Program-made: the position numbers and the translations under genes
Assembly (NCBI GenBank): GCA_964436695.1
Contig: CAYTEA010000018.1
Coordinates: forward strand, 6,044-70,043
Direction: 5' to 3'
DNA from: an uncultured Leptospiraceae bacterium
Lineage (GTDB): Bacteria > Spirochaetota > Leptospiria > Leptospirales > Leptospiraceae
DNA length: 64,000 nucleotides
Notes under the pieces: generated by a model
The model's input: only the letters and a program-made list of their open reading frames with translations
Told to the model about the DNA's origin: nothing
The model's database searches: none
Part shown: positions 28,876 through 37,931 of the stretch, in pieces
Layout of the letters: every line of letters begins with the position of its first letter
How positions within the stretch are numbered: the first letter of the stretch is position 1

Positions 28876-29153
28876 TTTCTAATCGGTCCACTGAAATTAA
28901 TTTTCAGGGGGGTTCTATAACGATGATCTGTGATTTTCCATTCACTTGATTTTAGTCCTGTTGTGACTCGTTTGATTCCTCTGGTAACGCCATATTTACT
29001 CCCAGTAACCTGTCCGAAAGGAGTCCCTTCAACTTTTTCTGGCTAAAACAAATTTTTGAGTTCCGGTTATTTTTCCGACTTTCATGCCACGGAGGAATAT
29101 ATGCCGGTGATGGTTATTGCAAAAATCGTACAATGTTTCTTCATGTTAAATTC

Positions 29154-29609
29154 CTAATATTTTTTTGATTTCGAATTGAATGGATTCACGATTTTGACAC
29201 CGCGAAACCTTTGTCCATCCTGAAAATCCTCTGATATTATTTGCTTACAACCTCCGAATAAAGAGGCTGAAAGGATAAGAGAATCCCAAAAAGAAAATTT
29301 ATGCAGAGCCGAAATATCAATAGCATCCATTATCAGATCAGGAGAAATCTGAATGACTTCCCAACGGAGAAAATCTTTTATAACTTCTTTAATGAATATG
29401 GAATTATAGGAATATTTTTTTACGCAAACAAAATAGAATTCCTGAATGACCTGAGTTGAAATGACTATGGAGTTTGTTTGATTTAGGGCTGTAATAGTGC
29501 TTCTCGAAAGTTCTCTTTTTTTGCGATCACTTTTATCTAAAATGTAAACAAGGATATTCGTGTCTAAGAAGATTTTTTCCATCTGTTGTAGATATCCTCT
29601 CTTTTCCAT
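29154..29609 (-). CDS. vapC: PIN-domain toxin (VapC-like)
   Basis: IFLDTNILVY (Asp), STQVIQEF (Glu) and FWDSLILSAS (Asp) give the conserved acidic triad spacing. The real start may be the second ATG at 29582 (MEKIFLDTN). Confidence 0.8.
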   Translation of the reverse strand: MEKRGYLQQMEKIFLDTNILVYILDKSDRKKRELSRSTITALNQTNSIVISTQVIQEFYFVCVKKYSYNSIFIKEVIKDFLRWEVIQISPDLIMDAIDISALHKFSFWDSLILSASLFGGCKQIISEDFQDGQRFRGVKIVNPFNSKSKKY

Positions 29610-29809
29610 TTTCTTTTTGCTGATTTAGTAAGCTCTTTATCTATACGGGCAAAACAATCCTCCAACCATTTCGAGGAATTTCCTTCCACAGTCTTCTCGA
29701 CAAGTTCTCGAACTAAACTATTAAATGATAATTTCCTGTTTTCTGCATACTTTCTTCCTTTCTGCAGTAGATTTTCTTCTATGGAAAGCGTGATGTTTTT
29801 CATAATCAC
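29564..29809 (-). CDS. vapB: ribbon-helix-helix (CopG-like) antitoxin
   Basis: MKNITLSIEENLLQKGRKYAENRKLSFNSLVRELVEK is a beta-strand plus two helices, the RHH pattern. It overlaps the PIN gene start and lies upstream on the same strand. Confidence 0.7.
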   Translation of the reverse strand: MIMKNITLSIEENLLQKGRKYAENRKLSFNSLVRELVEKTVEGNSSKWLEDCFARIDKELTKSAKRKWKREDIYNRWKKSS

Positions 29810-29847
29810 ACATTTTGTGTGGACACTGAACCTGTGTCAAGAGCATT

Positions 29848-30277
29848 TCATAATAAATCCATAATCATTTTCCCGTCGTATTTAGGATTGCCTTCGAGAA
29901 TTTGTTTATTCTGGTTCGGGTAAAGATCCAGGGTTTCTAATGCAAGATAACCAAGTAGCGGAGGAACCCCTTCAGGAAGCTCCATGACATTTAATTCTGC
30001 CTCTCTATCAAATACCTTAATTTTTACCGGACTGAATACAGAACGCTCCCGCTTCCCATCTGCAGTGATAACTTCCCGTTTATGCCCAGGTTTTAGACTT
30101 AAGAGATTTTATTTTATCAATCGGGAGACAAATCATAGCTGCTCCTGTATCCACAAGAAAGTCCACCTCAAGCTTGCGGACTTTGTCGTTTTCAATGTAG
30201 CCCTCGTCCACAGCGAATAAATCACCCGCATTTTCCAATATTGCCTTCTGTATGATTTTCCCCATTTCAGCCATCAA
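29848..30277 (-). pseudogene. retropepsin-like (clan AA) aspartic protease, disrupted by a 1-nt frameshift
   Basis: The N-terminal frame contains FLVDTGAAMICLP (the DTG active site) and stops at 30080. The +1 frame continues with KPGHKREVITADGKRERSVFSPVKIKVFDREAELNVMELPEGVPPLLGYLALETLDLYP, the typical C-terminal half. The shift maps to the A4 run at 30091-30094. Confidence 0.75.
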
Positions 30278-30283
30278 TAAAAC

Positions 30284-30312
30284 ACCATAACAAATGTATT
30301 GTATTTTGTCAA
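30284..30312 (-). promoter_or_regulatory. sigma70-like promoter: TTGACA, 17-nt spacer, TATGGT
   Basis: Minus-strand TTGACA (30312-30307), 17-nt spacer, TATGGT (30289-30284), about 7-10 nt upstream of the retropepsin-like start codons. Confidence 0.5.
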
Positions 30313-30745
30313 GTGGAAAAATTTTTTCGATTTGATATCCTTTTGCATCTTTCGCTATTGGATGGCTTCTTAGATCACGAATGTGAATGTCTCGTTTTTA
30401 TTTTTACTCGATTCAAAAGCCGATGGTACTTCAATTTCGGTAGAGATCTCTCTTGTTCTGGTTTCTCGGCGAAGTTTGGTGAGGCACTTTGCGTTTGATT
30501 TTCTAATTAGCATTGGAAGGAATTATCCATTTGAAAAGCTCTAACAGAAATAAACAGTATTCGGGATTTCGATTTCAAGCTTTTATGACGCTATTGCCCA
30601 GTCTATGCTTTGCCTGAGCTGGACAAGCTGGTAAATGACGATTTTATTGATTTTCTAAACTTAATTTTTTACAAGAAAGCACTTCTTGCAGTTGCGTCAT
30701 TTATAACTTGACCACACTAAAGCCCTAGTATCATACTCATTGTAT

Positions 30746-31933
30746 ATGAATTATACACCATCTATTTCGGAAGATCGTCAAAAAGAATTAGTTTTCCACC
30801 GAAGGGAAATTCACAAACATCCGGAGCTGAAGTTTGAGGAAACCGGTACGGCAGAATATGTAAAACGTCATCTGAAAAACTTGGGCTTTTTATTTGAAGA
30901 CAAAGTCGCAAAAACAGGGGTGGTTTCCCTTATCGATTCGGGAATTCCCGGAAAAACAGTCATGGTTCGGGGAGACATGGATGCTCTTCCGATTCATGAG
31001 GAAAATTCCGTTGATTATAAATCGGAAAATGACGGTGTTATGCACGCGTGCGGTCACGATGGCCACACAGCGATACTGCTCGGGCTTGCGTCTGAATTAA
31101 AAGAAAATCTTTCCAATATTATTCCGAAAGGAAAATTGCTCCTTGTATTTCAACCGGCAGAAGAGGGTGGCGCCGGAGCTGACATGATGGTGGAAGAGGG
31201 CCTTCTTGAAAAATACAAGGTAGATGCATGTTTTGCGCTTCACGTCTGGAATCACATTGAAGTCGGTAAAATCGGAGTTGTAAGCGGGCCAATGATGGCG
31301 TCGGTTGATCAGTTCAAAATCGTCGTAAAGGGCGTTAGTGGACATGGCGCAATGCCACAGCATACGATTGATCCGATCCTTGTTGGTTCCCACATCGTGA
31401 CGGCAATCCAGTCAATTGTTTCCAGAAATGTAGACCCGCTGGATTCTTGCGTCGTAACCATCGGCAGTTTTCATAGTGGCAATGCATTCAATGTAATTCC
31501 GGAAACAGCCGAACTTACTGGAACAGTCCGCACCTACTCAAAAATACTTCACGATCAATTTCCAGGTAGGTTGGAAAAACTTGTAAAAGCGGTCGCAGAA
31601 GGGTTTGGTGCGTCAGTTGAAATAGAATATACGAAAATTGACAAACCTACAATTAATCATCCCGAAATGGCAGAAATTGTGGGAACCGCATCTCGATATA
31701 TTTTGGGAGAAAATTCTCTCACTGAAGAAAATGTGAGATCAATGGGAGGTGAGGATTTTTCCGCTTTTTTGGATAAGTTACCCGGTTGCTATTTTTTTGT
31801 AGGTTCTAAAAACTCGGAGAAAGGACTTATATATCCTCACCACAGCTCCAAGTTCGATTTTGACGAGGACTCTCTTGCGATAGGGCTTTCCGTAATGAAA
31901 GAAGTAGTCAGGGTCTACCTCTCCGGAAACTAG
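30746..31933 (+). CDS. M20-family amidohydrolase (N-acyl-L-amino acid amidohydrolase/hippuricase type)
   Basis: [33 protein letters not shown] at 30746; the track start is the TTG at 30740. Confidence 0.85.
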   Translation: MNYTPSISEDRQKELVFHRREIHKHPELKFEETGTAEYVKRHLKNLGFLFEDKVAKTGVVSLIDSGIPGKTVMVRGDMDALPIHEENSVDYKSENDGVMHACGHDGHTAILLGLASELKENLSNIIPKGKLLLVFQPAEEGGAGADMMVEEGLLEKYKVDACFALHVWNHIEVGKIGVVSGPMMASVDQFKIVVKGVSGHGAMPQHTIDPILVGSHIVTAIQSIVSRNVDPLDSCVVTIGSFHSGNAFNVIPETAELTGTVRTYSKILHDQFPGRLEKLVKAVAEGFGASVEIEYTKIDKPTINHPEMAEIVGTASRYILGENSLTEENVRSMGGEDFSAFLDKLPGCYFFVGSKNSEKGLIYPHHSSKFDFDEDSLAIGLSVMKEVVRVYLSGN

Positions 31934-31983
31934 TTAGAATGTGTCCTGAAACCATCTTTTTGAAAATGTTTTAGGATATGCTC

Positions 31984-33276
31984 TTAGATTTCGCGTAACG
32001 CTTCTATTTCATCGATTTCTTTCGGAATTTCCGATGTTAGATTCACGGGCTTTTTCCCGTTTACCAGTATATTGTCCTCAATTCTTATGCCGATCCCGCG
32101 GAAATGCTTTGGAATAGTTTTGTCTTCCGGATCGAAATACAGGCCGGGCTCAATAGTCATCACCTGCCCATTTTCCAATTGTCGGGATTTTGTATTGAGA
32201 TAATATTTTCCAACATCGTGAACGTCCATTCCGAGCCAGTGACCAGTCTTGTGCATATAGAATTTTTTGTATTTTTCCTTTTCAATTATTCGGTCTAAAG
32301 AGCCATTAAGGAGTTTTAGTTTTTTTAGGCCTTCGCATAACGCATAAACCGTGCTAATATGTATGTCGGTAAATTTTCTTTTTTCTGTCACTAAAGAAAT
32401 CGCTTTTTTCTGGACAGATAAAACCAGAGAGTAAATTTCTTTTTGTGGAGAAGTAAATTTCTTTCCGGAAGGGAAAACTCTTGTCACATCGGCTGTGTAA
32501 TAATTTTTTTCAGCACCGCTATCAACAAGAATTAATTGGCCTTTTTCGATTTTGGCATTGTTTGCCGTGTAATGAAGAATCGTTGCATTTTTTCCTGAGG
32601 CAACGATGTGTCCGTAACCTCCACCCCAGGCACCGTGACGCAGATATTCACTTTCGAGCAAGGCTTCCAACTCATATTCATACATTCCCGGCTTCGTTTT
32701 TTGCATCAATGTGATATGGCCGGATTTTGTGACTCTAGCGGATTCGCGGATGGAGGCAATCTCTTCCTTGGACTTGATTAGTCGCATTTCATGCAGAAAA
32801 TTCGGAATTTCGATTTTCTCTGGCCCGAATTTCCCATCCCGGAGTTTTTTTCCAAGTGTGTCGCATAACGTTAATATATCTGAATCTCTTTCTCTGTCCC
32901 TACCGAAAAAATAGTAAAGTGTATGCTCGTTTGTGAGTAGCCTTTCTTTTTGCGAGTTCCAATCGTTTAAGTCAAAGCTCTCCGATAAATTTAAGGCTTC
33001 TTTTGCTTTTTTTTTGCCAATTCGAATTCCTGTCCAGATTTCTTTTTCTTTATCTTTCGGAAGGACAAATATTGCGGAATATTTCTGCTTTAGCACCAGA
33101 ATTGCATCGGATTCTTCGATCCCAGTGAGATAATAAAAATCAGAATCCTGTCTGAATTTGTATTCTACGTCCCTATTTCGGATTCTATCCTTTGCGGCAA
33201 ATAGAATCAGTGTTTCCCCTTTTTGCAGGTGTCGCATAACGCTCTGGATTCTATTTTGGTGTAATTTTGTGTTCAT
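31984..33276 (-). CDS. pepP: Xaa-Pro aminopeptidase (M24B)
   Basis: N-terminal AMP_N domain. YGHIVASGKNATILHY, VDSGAE..YYTADVTR, HKTGHWLGMDVHD, EPGLY, IRIED. Confidence 0.9.
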   Translation of the reverse strand: MNTKLHQNRIQSVMRHLQKGETLILFAAKDRIRNRDVEYKFRQDSDFYYLTGIEESDAILVLKQKYSAIFVLPKDKEKEIWTGIRIGKKKAKEALNLSESFDLNDWNSQKERLLTNEHTLYYFFGRDRERDSDILTLCDTLGKKLRDGKFGPEKIEIPNFLHEMRLIKSKEEIASIRESARVTKSGHITLMQKTKPGMYEYELEALLESEYLRHGAWGGGYGHIVASGKNATILHYTANNAKIEKGQLILVDSGAEKNYYTADVTRVFPSGKKFTSPQKEIYSLVLSVQKKAISLVTEKRKFTDIHISTVYALCEGLKKLKLLNGSLDRIIEKEKYKKFYMHKTGHWLGMDVHDVGKYYLNTKSRQLENGQVMTIEPGLYFDPEDKTIPKHFRGIGIRIEDNILVNGKKPVNLTSEIPKEIDEIEALREI

Positions 33277-33280
33277 AGAT

Positions 33281-34309
33281 TTATCGTTTGATTAGAGATG
33301 ACAATTTCTTAAACATGAGTTTTGGATTTTGATCGCGCATGCAAAGAAAATGTTTTTCCGGGCAGGAATTTCCTCCGTGGATTCCGCAAGGACGACAGGA
33401 AAGGCCGCTTACCTCCGAAATAAAATTTCTATCGGATAGTGGAGTGTATCCGAAATCTGGAATCGTCGCTCCAAAAATTGCAATTGTTGGTATATTAAAT
33501 GCAGATGCGAAATGTATCGGAGAGGAATCGTTGGATACTACTGCGGCTGATTCTTTGATCACAAATGCGAGTTCTGTCAGAGTCGTTTTTCCGGACAAAT
33601 TGAAAACGTTTTTGGGGAAATTTTCTCGAATAGATTCTGTGAGTTTCATATCCGATTTGGAGCCGACGAGTGCAACCTGCATAGTGGTTTTTTTCAAGAT
33701 TATTTGAATCAATTCGATGAATTTTTCTTTCGGCATTTTTTTTGTTTCCCATACGGACGATGGTGCAACTACGATGAATTTTTTGGATTTGATTCCACTT
33801 TTTTTCATAAGGGAAAGGATGTTTCCCATTTTCGACTTTTCTATAAAAATTTCAGGTCTTTTTTTCTTGGGGTAATCTTTTGGATCCTGGTAAACCAAAG
33901 AGAATAGTTTATCAACTTCGTGAACTCCCCGAATGGGCCTGTGTAGCTTTTTGGTGTGGAAAAAAGAAAACCCCGACTCAATGTATCCGATTCTCTCTTT
34001 TGTCCTCGATAGAAAAGAAAGGATGGACGATCTGTGCGAAAAATGGGGAGAAATACAAATGTCAAATTTTTTATTTTTTAAATTGGCTGCAAATTTGAAA
34101 AAATAGAATAGGTCTTTTTTTACTTTCTTTTTATCGAATTCAATAATTTCGCTTAAATATGGGTTGCCTGTCAGTATTTCAGCTGTTCCTTTGTTCACAA
34201 CGATGGAAATCTTAGGCCTGTCGTATAACGCATAGACTTCTCTGATAAATGGGGTAGTGAGTATCAAATCCCCCAAAAATGCAGTCTGGATGATTAAAAT
34301 ATTTTTCAT
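33281..34309 (-). CDS. glycosyltransferase family 9 (ADP-heptose:LPS heptosyltransferase-like)
   Basis: MKNILIIQTAFLGDLILTTPFIREV N-terminus and C-terminal SNDSSPIHFASAF are typical of GT9. Confidence 0.8.
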   Translation of the reverse strand: MKNILIIQTAFLGDLILTTPFIREVYALYDRPKISIVVNKGTAEILTGNPYLSEIIEFDKKKVKKDLFYFFKFAANLKNKKFDICISPHFSHRSSILSFLSRTKERIGYIESGFSFFHTKKLHRPIRGVHEVDKLFSLVYQDPKDYPKKKRPEIFIEKSKMGNILSLMKKSGIKSKKFIVVAPSSVWETKKMPKEKFIELIQIILKKTTMQVALVGSKSDMKLTESIRENFPKNVFNLSGKTTLTELAFVIKESAAVVSNDSSPIHFASAFNIPTIAIFGATIPDFGYTPLSDRNFISEVSGLSCRPCGIHGGNSCPEKHFLCMRDQNPKLMFKKLSSLIKR

Positions 34310-35415
34310 GTTCTCTCTATTATTGTGGCAAAATTGTTTGTAGCCAGTCCTCCGATGGAGTGGGTCAGGCCGATATTTGCCTGGGTGTTTCCCTTCATAA
34401 ATTTAATAACTTCTGCGACCTGCGCAAGGCCTGAAGTGCCCACAGGATGTCCTCTTGTTTTTAATCCACCTGACGGGTTTATCGGTTTTTTCCCTTTTGG
34501 GTGGGTCACTCCTTCAATTACATTTCGAAGAGATTGGCCCCTTGGAAAAATTCCGGCGTCTTCCGAACCTATGAGTTCAAAAGTAGTAAATGCGTCATGC
34601 AGTTCGGCAACATCCACATCTGCTGAACTAATCTCAGCTTCCTTATAAGCTCTTTGGAATGCGTCTGTTGAGGCCGGAAAACTATAGGTCGCATCCTGAG
34701 AGTAAAAATTTCCAGTTCCGTAACCTGTTCCCCTAATAGCAAATTCGGAGGGAATTTCACTGGATACAATCATCGCGCAGGACCCATCTGATAGCGGGCT
34801 TATATCGTACAGGCCTAGTGGAGAACTGAAGATCTGGGAATTCAAATATTCTTCGAGTGTCAAATTCTTTTTTATATGGGATATCGGATTTAAAAGCCCG
34901 TTGTCATGGAGTTTTTTTGAAAGGTGGAACAAATCGCTCTTGGAATATCCGAAATCGTGGAGGTAGCGGTTGGTAATTAATCCGGCTCCCTGAGCCATAG
35001 ACATGCAGAGAGAAATTTGCTTTTTAGACAAAACGGAACCGAGGAGAAGATTATTTTCTTCGCGAGAAAGCCTACTCATCACCTCTGTAGCAATTACCAT
35101 TCCTGTTTTGAATTTTCCGGAATCTAAGAGAATTTTTGCCATGTGCAGTGCCGATGCTCCACTGGATGAAGCTGTTTCTGTTCGGACGCAAAATACGGAA
35201 TTTAATCCGAGTCTGTCAGAAATTTTGACAGGAAGGTTGAATTCTTTTGTATATGAGTCCGGTGAAAAAGAAGTAAATATCAAAAACTCAATTCTATTTT
35301 TGTCGAATTCGCGAAGGGATTCATTGGCCGTAGCAACAGATAAATCCAAATATGTTTTATTCAGTTTTCCAAATTGGCTTAATACGGGAAAATGGATATA
35401 CGTTTTTGTTTTCAC
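34306..35415 (-). CDS. thiolase-like protein (SCP2/archaeal-type thiolase fold) with Ser at the expected nucleophile position
   Basis: ETASSSGASALHMA aligns to the thiolase xxACASGxxAL motif, and GGLKTRGHPVGTSG to the GHP-GATG motif. 4-nt overlap with the GT9 gene. Confidence 0.7.
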   Translation of the reverse strand: MKTKTYIHFPVLSQFGKLNKTYLDLSVATANESLREFDKNRIEFLIFTSFSPDSYTKEFNLPVKISDRLGLNSVFCVRTETASSSGASALHMAKILLDSGKFKTGMVIATEVMSRLSREENNLLLGSVLSKKQISLCMSMAQGAGLITNRYLHDFGYSKSDLFHLSKKLHDNGLLNPISHIKKNLTLEEYLNSQIFSSPLGLYDISPLSDGSCAMIVSSEIPSEFAIRGTGYGTGNFYSQDATYSFPASTDAFQRAYKEAEISSADVDVAELHDAFTTFELIGSEDAGIFPRGQSLRNVIEGVTHPKGKKPINPSGGLKTRGHPVGTSGLAQVAEVIKFMKGNTQANIGLTHSIGGLATNNFATIIERT

Positions 35416-35458
35416 TTTGTCAAAATTAGGATTTGATTGATACAGGAAAAGGAAAAAA

Positions 35459-35860
35459 TTATTTGATCTTTACCGGCTTGGCATCACCCCAAAGTTTTTC
35501 CAGGTCATAGAATTTTCTTTTTTCCTCTGTCATAATGTGCACAAGTATTTCGCCAAAATCTAGAAGTATCCAACCAGAGTCAGAGCTATTACTTCCTATG
35601 GATTGTTTTCCCGCTCCCAACTTCAAATGTTTTAAATTTCTTTCCAGGTCGCGGGCAGTAGCGCTGGCCTGAACATTTGTTAAAACCGTACAAATCACAA
35701 AATAGGAAAGATAGGAGTTTACATTTTCCAAATTCAGGATTGAGATATTCTCACATTTTTTTGAAGAAAGAATTGTCTGAATTTGAGAAAGCACTTTTTT
35801 TGTGTCAGTGTCTTCTCGTTTTTTTGGGGCAAGAACTTTCGTTTCAAGGTTTGATTTCAA
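35459..35860 (-). CDS. rsfS: ribosome silencing factor RsfS (Iojap)
   Basis: YFVICT...WILLDFGEILVHIMTEEKRKFYDLEKLWGDA is the RsfS signature. Confidence 0.9.
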   Translation of the reverse strand: MKSNLETKVLAPKKREDTDTKKVLSQIQTILSSKKCENISILNLENVNSYLSYFVICTVLTNVQASATARDLERNLKHLKLGAGKQSIGSNSSDSGWILLDFGEILVHIMTEEKRKFYDLEKLWGDAKPVKIK

Positions 35861-36980
35861 AATCTTCTCCTACAATTACAGTGGTATCTAAACCCAGTTC
35901 TTTTCGGATCAGATGCCTTACTTTTTTTGAATTTAATATTTCAGCAATTTTGTATGAATATTCCGTATTTCCTGACCTGTCGATCACTGTGGAATTTTTC
36001 TGGTTTGTGATCCAGGCATTTTCCACGGATAGAACTTTAAATCTTTTATCGTTGAGAATAGATTTTACTCTTCGCGCAAGCCCTTTCACTTCTGTAGCAT
36101 TTAAAACCTCCGTACGGGCTTTTTCTCCGTCCAGAAAGTAGTCGCCGAGCATGTTTTTCTCAAAATTTCTAAAAGATATTTTTGCCGTATCCTCTTTAAC
36201 GAATAAAAAAGGCTCCTTGTTTTTTTTATCTGTTTGGAGTTCTCCCGGAAGTTCAGATGTCGAAAAAATGATGTGGTTGGATACAAAAAATTCATATAAT
36301 GCGAATAATTCATTCGGGCTTAAATCTGTCTGAATCCTTGAAAAAAAGAATTTCAGCCATTCTTTGGGGAATTCTTTATTTTCCTGAAATCTATCATACA
36401 ATGTGAGGCCAATACTCAATTGTCTATTGATTCTTTCAACATAGTCCAAAGGGGTCTTGCCTTTTAATTTTAGAAATTCGTGAATGCCCTCTCCCGAAAG
36501 AGTTTCTTCTCCGGCACTCCATTGAAATTTTGCGGATTCTGCAAATTTATTGTCAAAATAGAATAATAGGCCACCTAGAACATCAATAAAATTCTCAAAA
36601 TCTTTTTCATTAACTTGTATCGAGTAGTGCAGTGGGAAATTGGAAATGGAGGAAATTTTTCGAGAAATGGAGGATGCTCCGGATTTTCCGAGAGATTCAA
36701 TTATATCCTCTCTGTCATCAAACGAAGAAAGAGGATTCAAAAAATACAGCCCGCATTTTTTTTCCTTTGGCAAAATGATTGCGAAAACTGCCAAAGAAAT
36801 TTTGTCTTCAGAATCTAACCCGGAAATAAAAATGGTTAACGGTTTGTTTTGGGACAATCTCTTGTCCAGCTTGGTTTTAGTCGCCTGCTTATAAAAAAAT
36901 AGCCCACCAGAGAAAATAAGCGCCAGGATAGAAATGGTGAATATGATTGTGCGCTGATTTTTTTTTTTATTGTCGTTCAA
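35844..36980 (-). CDS. LytR-CpsA-Psr (LCP) family protein with LytR_C-like C-terminal domain
   Basis: N-terminal TM anchor, LCP core (TIFISGLDSED...LNPLSSFDD) and a C-terminal TEVLNATEVKGLARRV...KVLSVENA domain. Confidence 0.6.
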   Translation of the reverse strand: MNDNKKKNQRTIIFTISILALIFSGGLFFYKQATKTKLDKRLSQNKPLTIFISGLDSEDKISLAVFAIILPKEKKCGLYFLNPLSSFDDREDIIESLGKSGASSISRKISSISNFPLHYSIQVNEKDFENFIDVLGGLLFYFDNKFAESAKFQWSAGEETLSGEGIHEFLKLKGKTPLDYVERINRQLSIGLTLYDRFQENKEFPKEWLKFFFSRIQTDLSPNELFALYEFFVSNHIIFSTSELPGELQTDKKNKEPFLFVKEDTAKISFRNFEKNMLGDYFLDGEKARTEVLNATEVKGLARRVKSILNDKRFKVLSVENAWITNQKNSTVIDRSGNTEYSYKIAEILNSKKVRHLIRKELGLDTTVIVGEDFEIKP

Positions 36981-37014
36981 TTTGGTGCACTTTTATGAAT
37001 TAAAACCATGATTG

Positions 37015-37617
37015 CTAGGGCTTTTCTTTTTTTAAAGCTAAAATTGAGGCTCTATATACTTCGATAGTTTTGTTATGTATGTCCTGTTTTTTTTGTATAA
37101 GATTCTCTATTGTCCTTGTGGATTTCAGGTATAATCCGTAATCCAGATTTTTTCTTGTTTTTTTCATCCAATGGTGGAACTCCCCGTGGCTTTTCGCAAA
37201 ATCCGATCCCAGAAAATCGGCCACATAAAGAATTTTTTGAAGTAGATTCATCTTTGCAGAACCAAGAGTGTGGGTATCTATGGCAGAAAATATTTCTTCA
37301 TCTTGAAAGCCGTGAGATTCTTTAAGATAGAATCTTGCAGAGAAAGAATGGTAGGAGGATTCCGGGATGTCTTTGTATTCATCGAACTTATATTTTTTGA
37401 AAAGCAAAATATGAAAGTCTGAGTTTTTCTGTTTTGTTATGTCATGCAACAGACCACAGATGTATGCTTTTTGGCCGAACGGGTAGTGGAATTGTTTCGA
37501 TAGAGATTCAGAGATTTCTGCGACCCTTAGGGAGTGCTTGAAGCGGGATGTGGACAATTCATTTTTCACTATTTCGTGAAGTTTGAAAATTGATTGATCT
37601 CTATTTTCTGTTTTCAT
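37015..37617 (-). CDS. yqeK: HD-domain bis(5'-nucleosyl)-tetraphosphatase, YqeK family
   Basis: RFKHSLRVAEISESL and GLLHDITK form the HD motif. About 200 aa, and its neighbourhood includes rsfS. Confidence 0.8.
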   Translation of the reverse strand: MKTENRDQSIFKLHEIVKNELSTSRFKHSLRVAEISESLSKQFHYPFGQKAYICGLLHDITKQKNSDFHILLFKKYKFDEYKDIPESSYHSFSARFYLKESHGFQDEEIFSAIDTHTLGSAKMNLLQKILYVADFLGSDFAKSHGEFHHWMKKTRKNLDYGLYLKSTRTIENLIQKKQDIHNKTIEVYRASILALKKEKP

Positions 37618-37931
37618 GTGTTAATATTCGATCTACTTGACATAATTTTAGGCAAGCATCAAAGTACAGTATGATGTTTACGAATGGGTGTCAATCTGGA
37701 TTTAGATATAGATTTGATTTCTGAAACAATAACCCTGTCGGGCTAAAATGCAAAGAAAAATGTGGTAAATCTTGCCCGTAACATTATCTGAGAGAAAGCG
37801 ATTCTTGAACTTATATTTTTTTAAAATATCACCTAAAGATTGAAATTATTGGAAGTTTTCGTCTAATTAAGTATTGGAGAATCTCTCTTGACTTCAAAAG
37901 TTCAAAGTAATAAGATTACCTTTATTCAGTC

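Noticed and set aside
28866-29144. 93-codon minus-strand frame directly downstream of vapC, starting with a signal-peptide-like MKKHCTIFAITITGIYSS but containing three in-frame stops (TGA, TAA, TAG)
   Set aside because: It could be a decayed gene. However, the longest open stretch (59 codons) has no start codon and no recognisable motif, and open stretches of this length can arise by chance. The evidence is not sufficient to call a pseudogene.
30313-30513. 61-aa plus-strand ORF (30313-30498) and 47-aa minus-strand ORF (30370-30513) upstream of the retropepsin-like gene
   Set aside because: Neither has an RBS or recognisable fold, and the two overlap each other on opposite strands. I considered the 47-aa ORF (MLIRKSNAKCLTKLRRETRTREISTEIEVPSAF...) as a possible partner of the protease, but nothing supports it.
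37618-37931. 314-bp non-coding leader of the hybrid kinase, checked for riboswitch-like structure (for example c-di-GMP)
   Set aside because: Only a weak CGGGC...GCCCG pairing is present, and I could not find conserved riboswitch core sequences.
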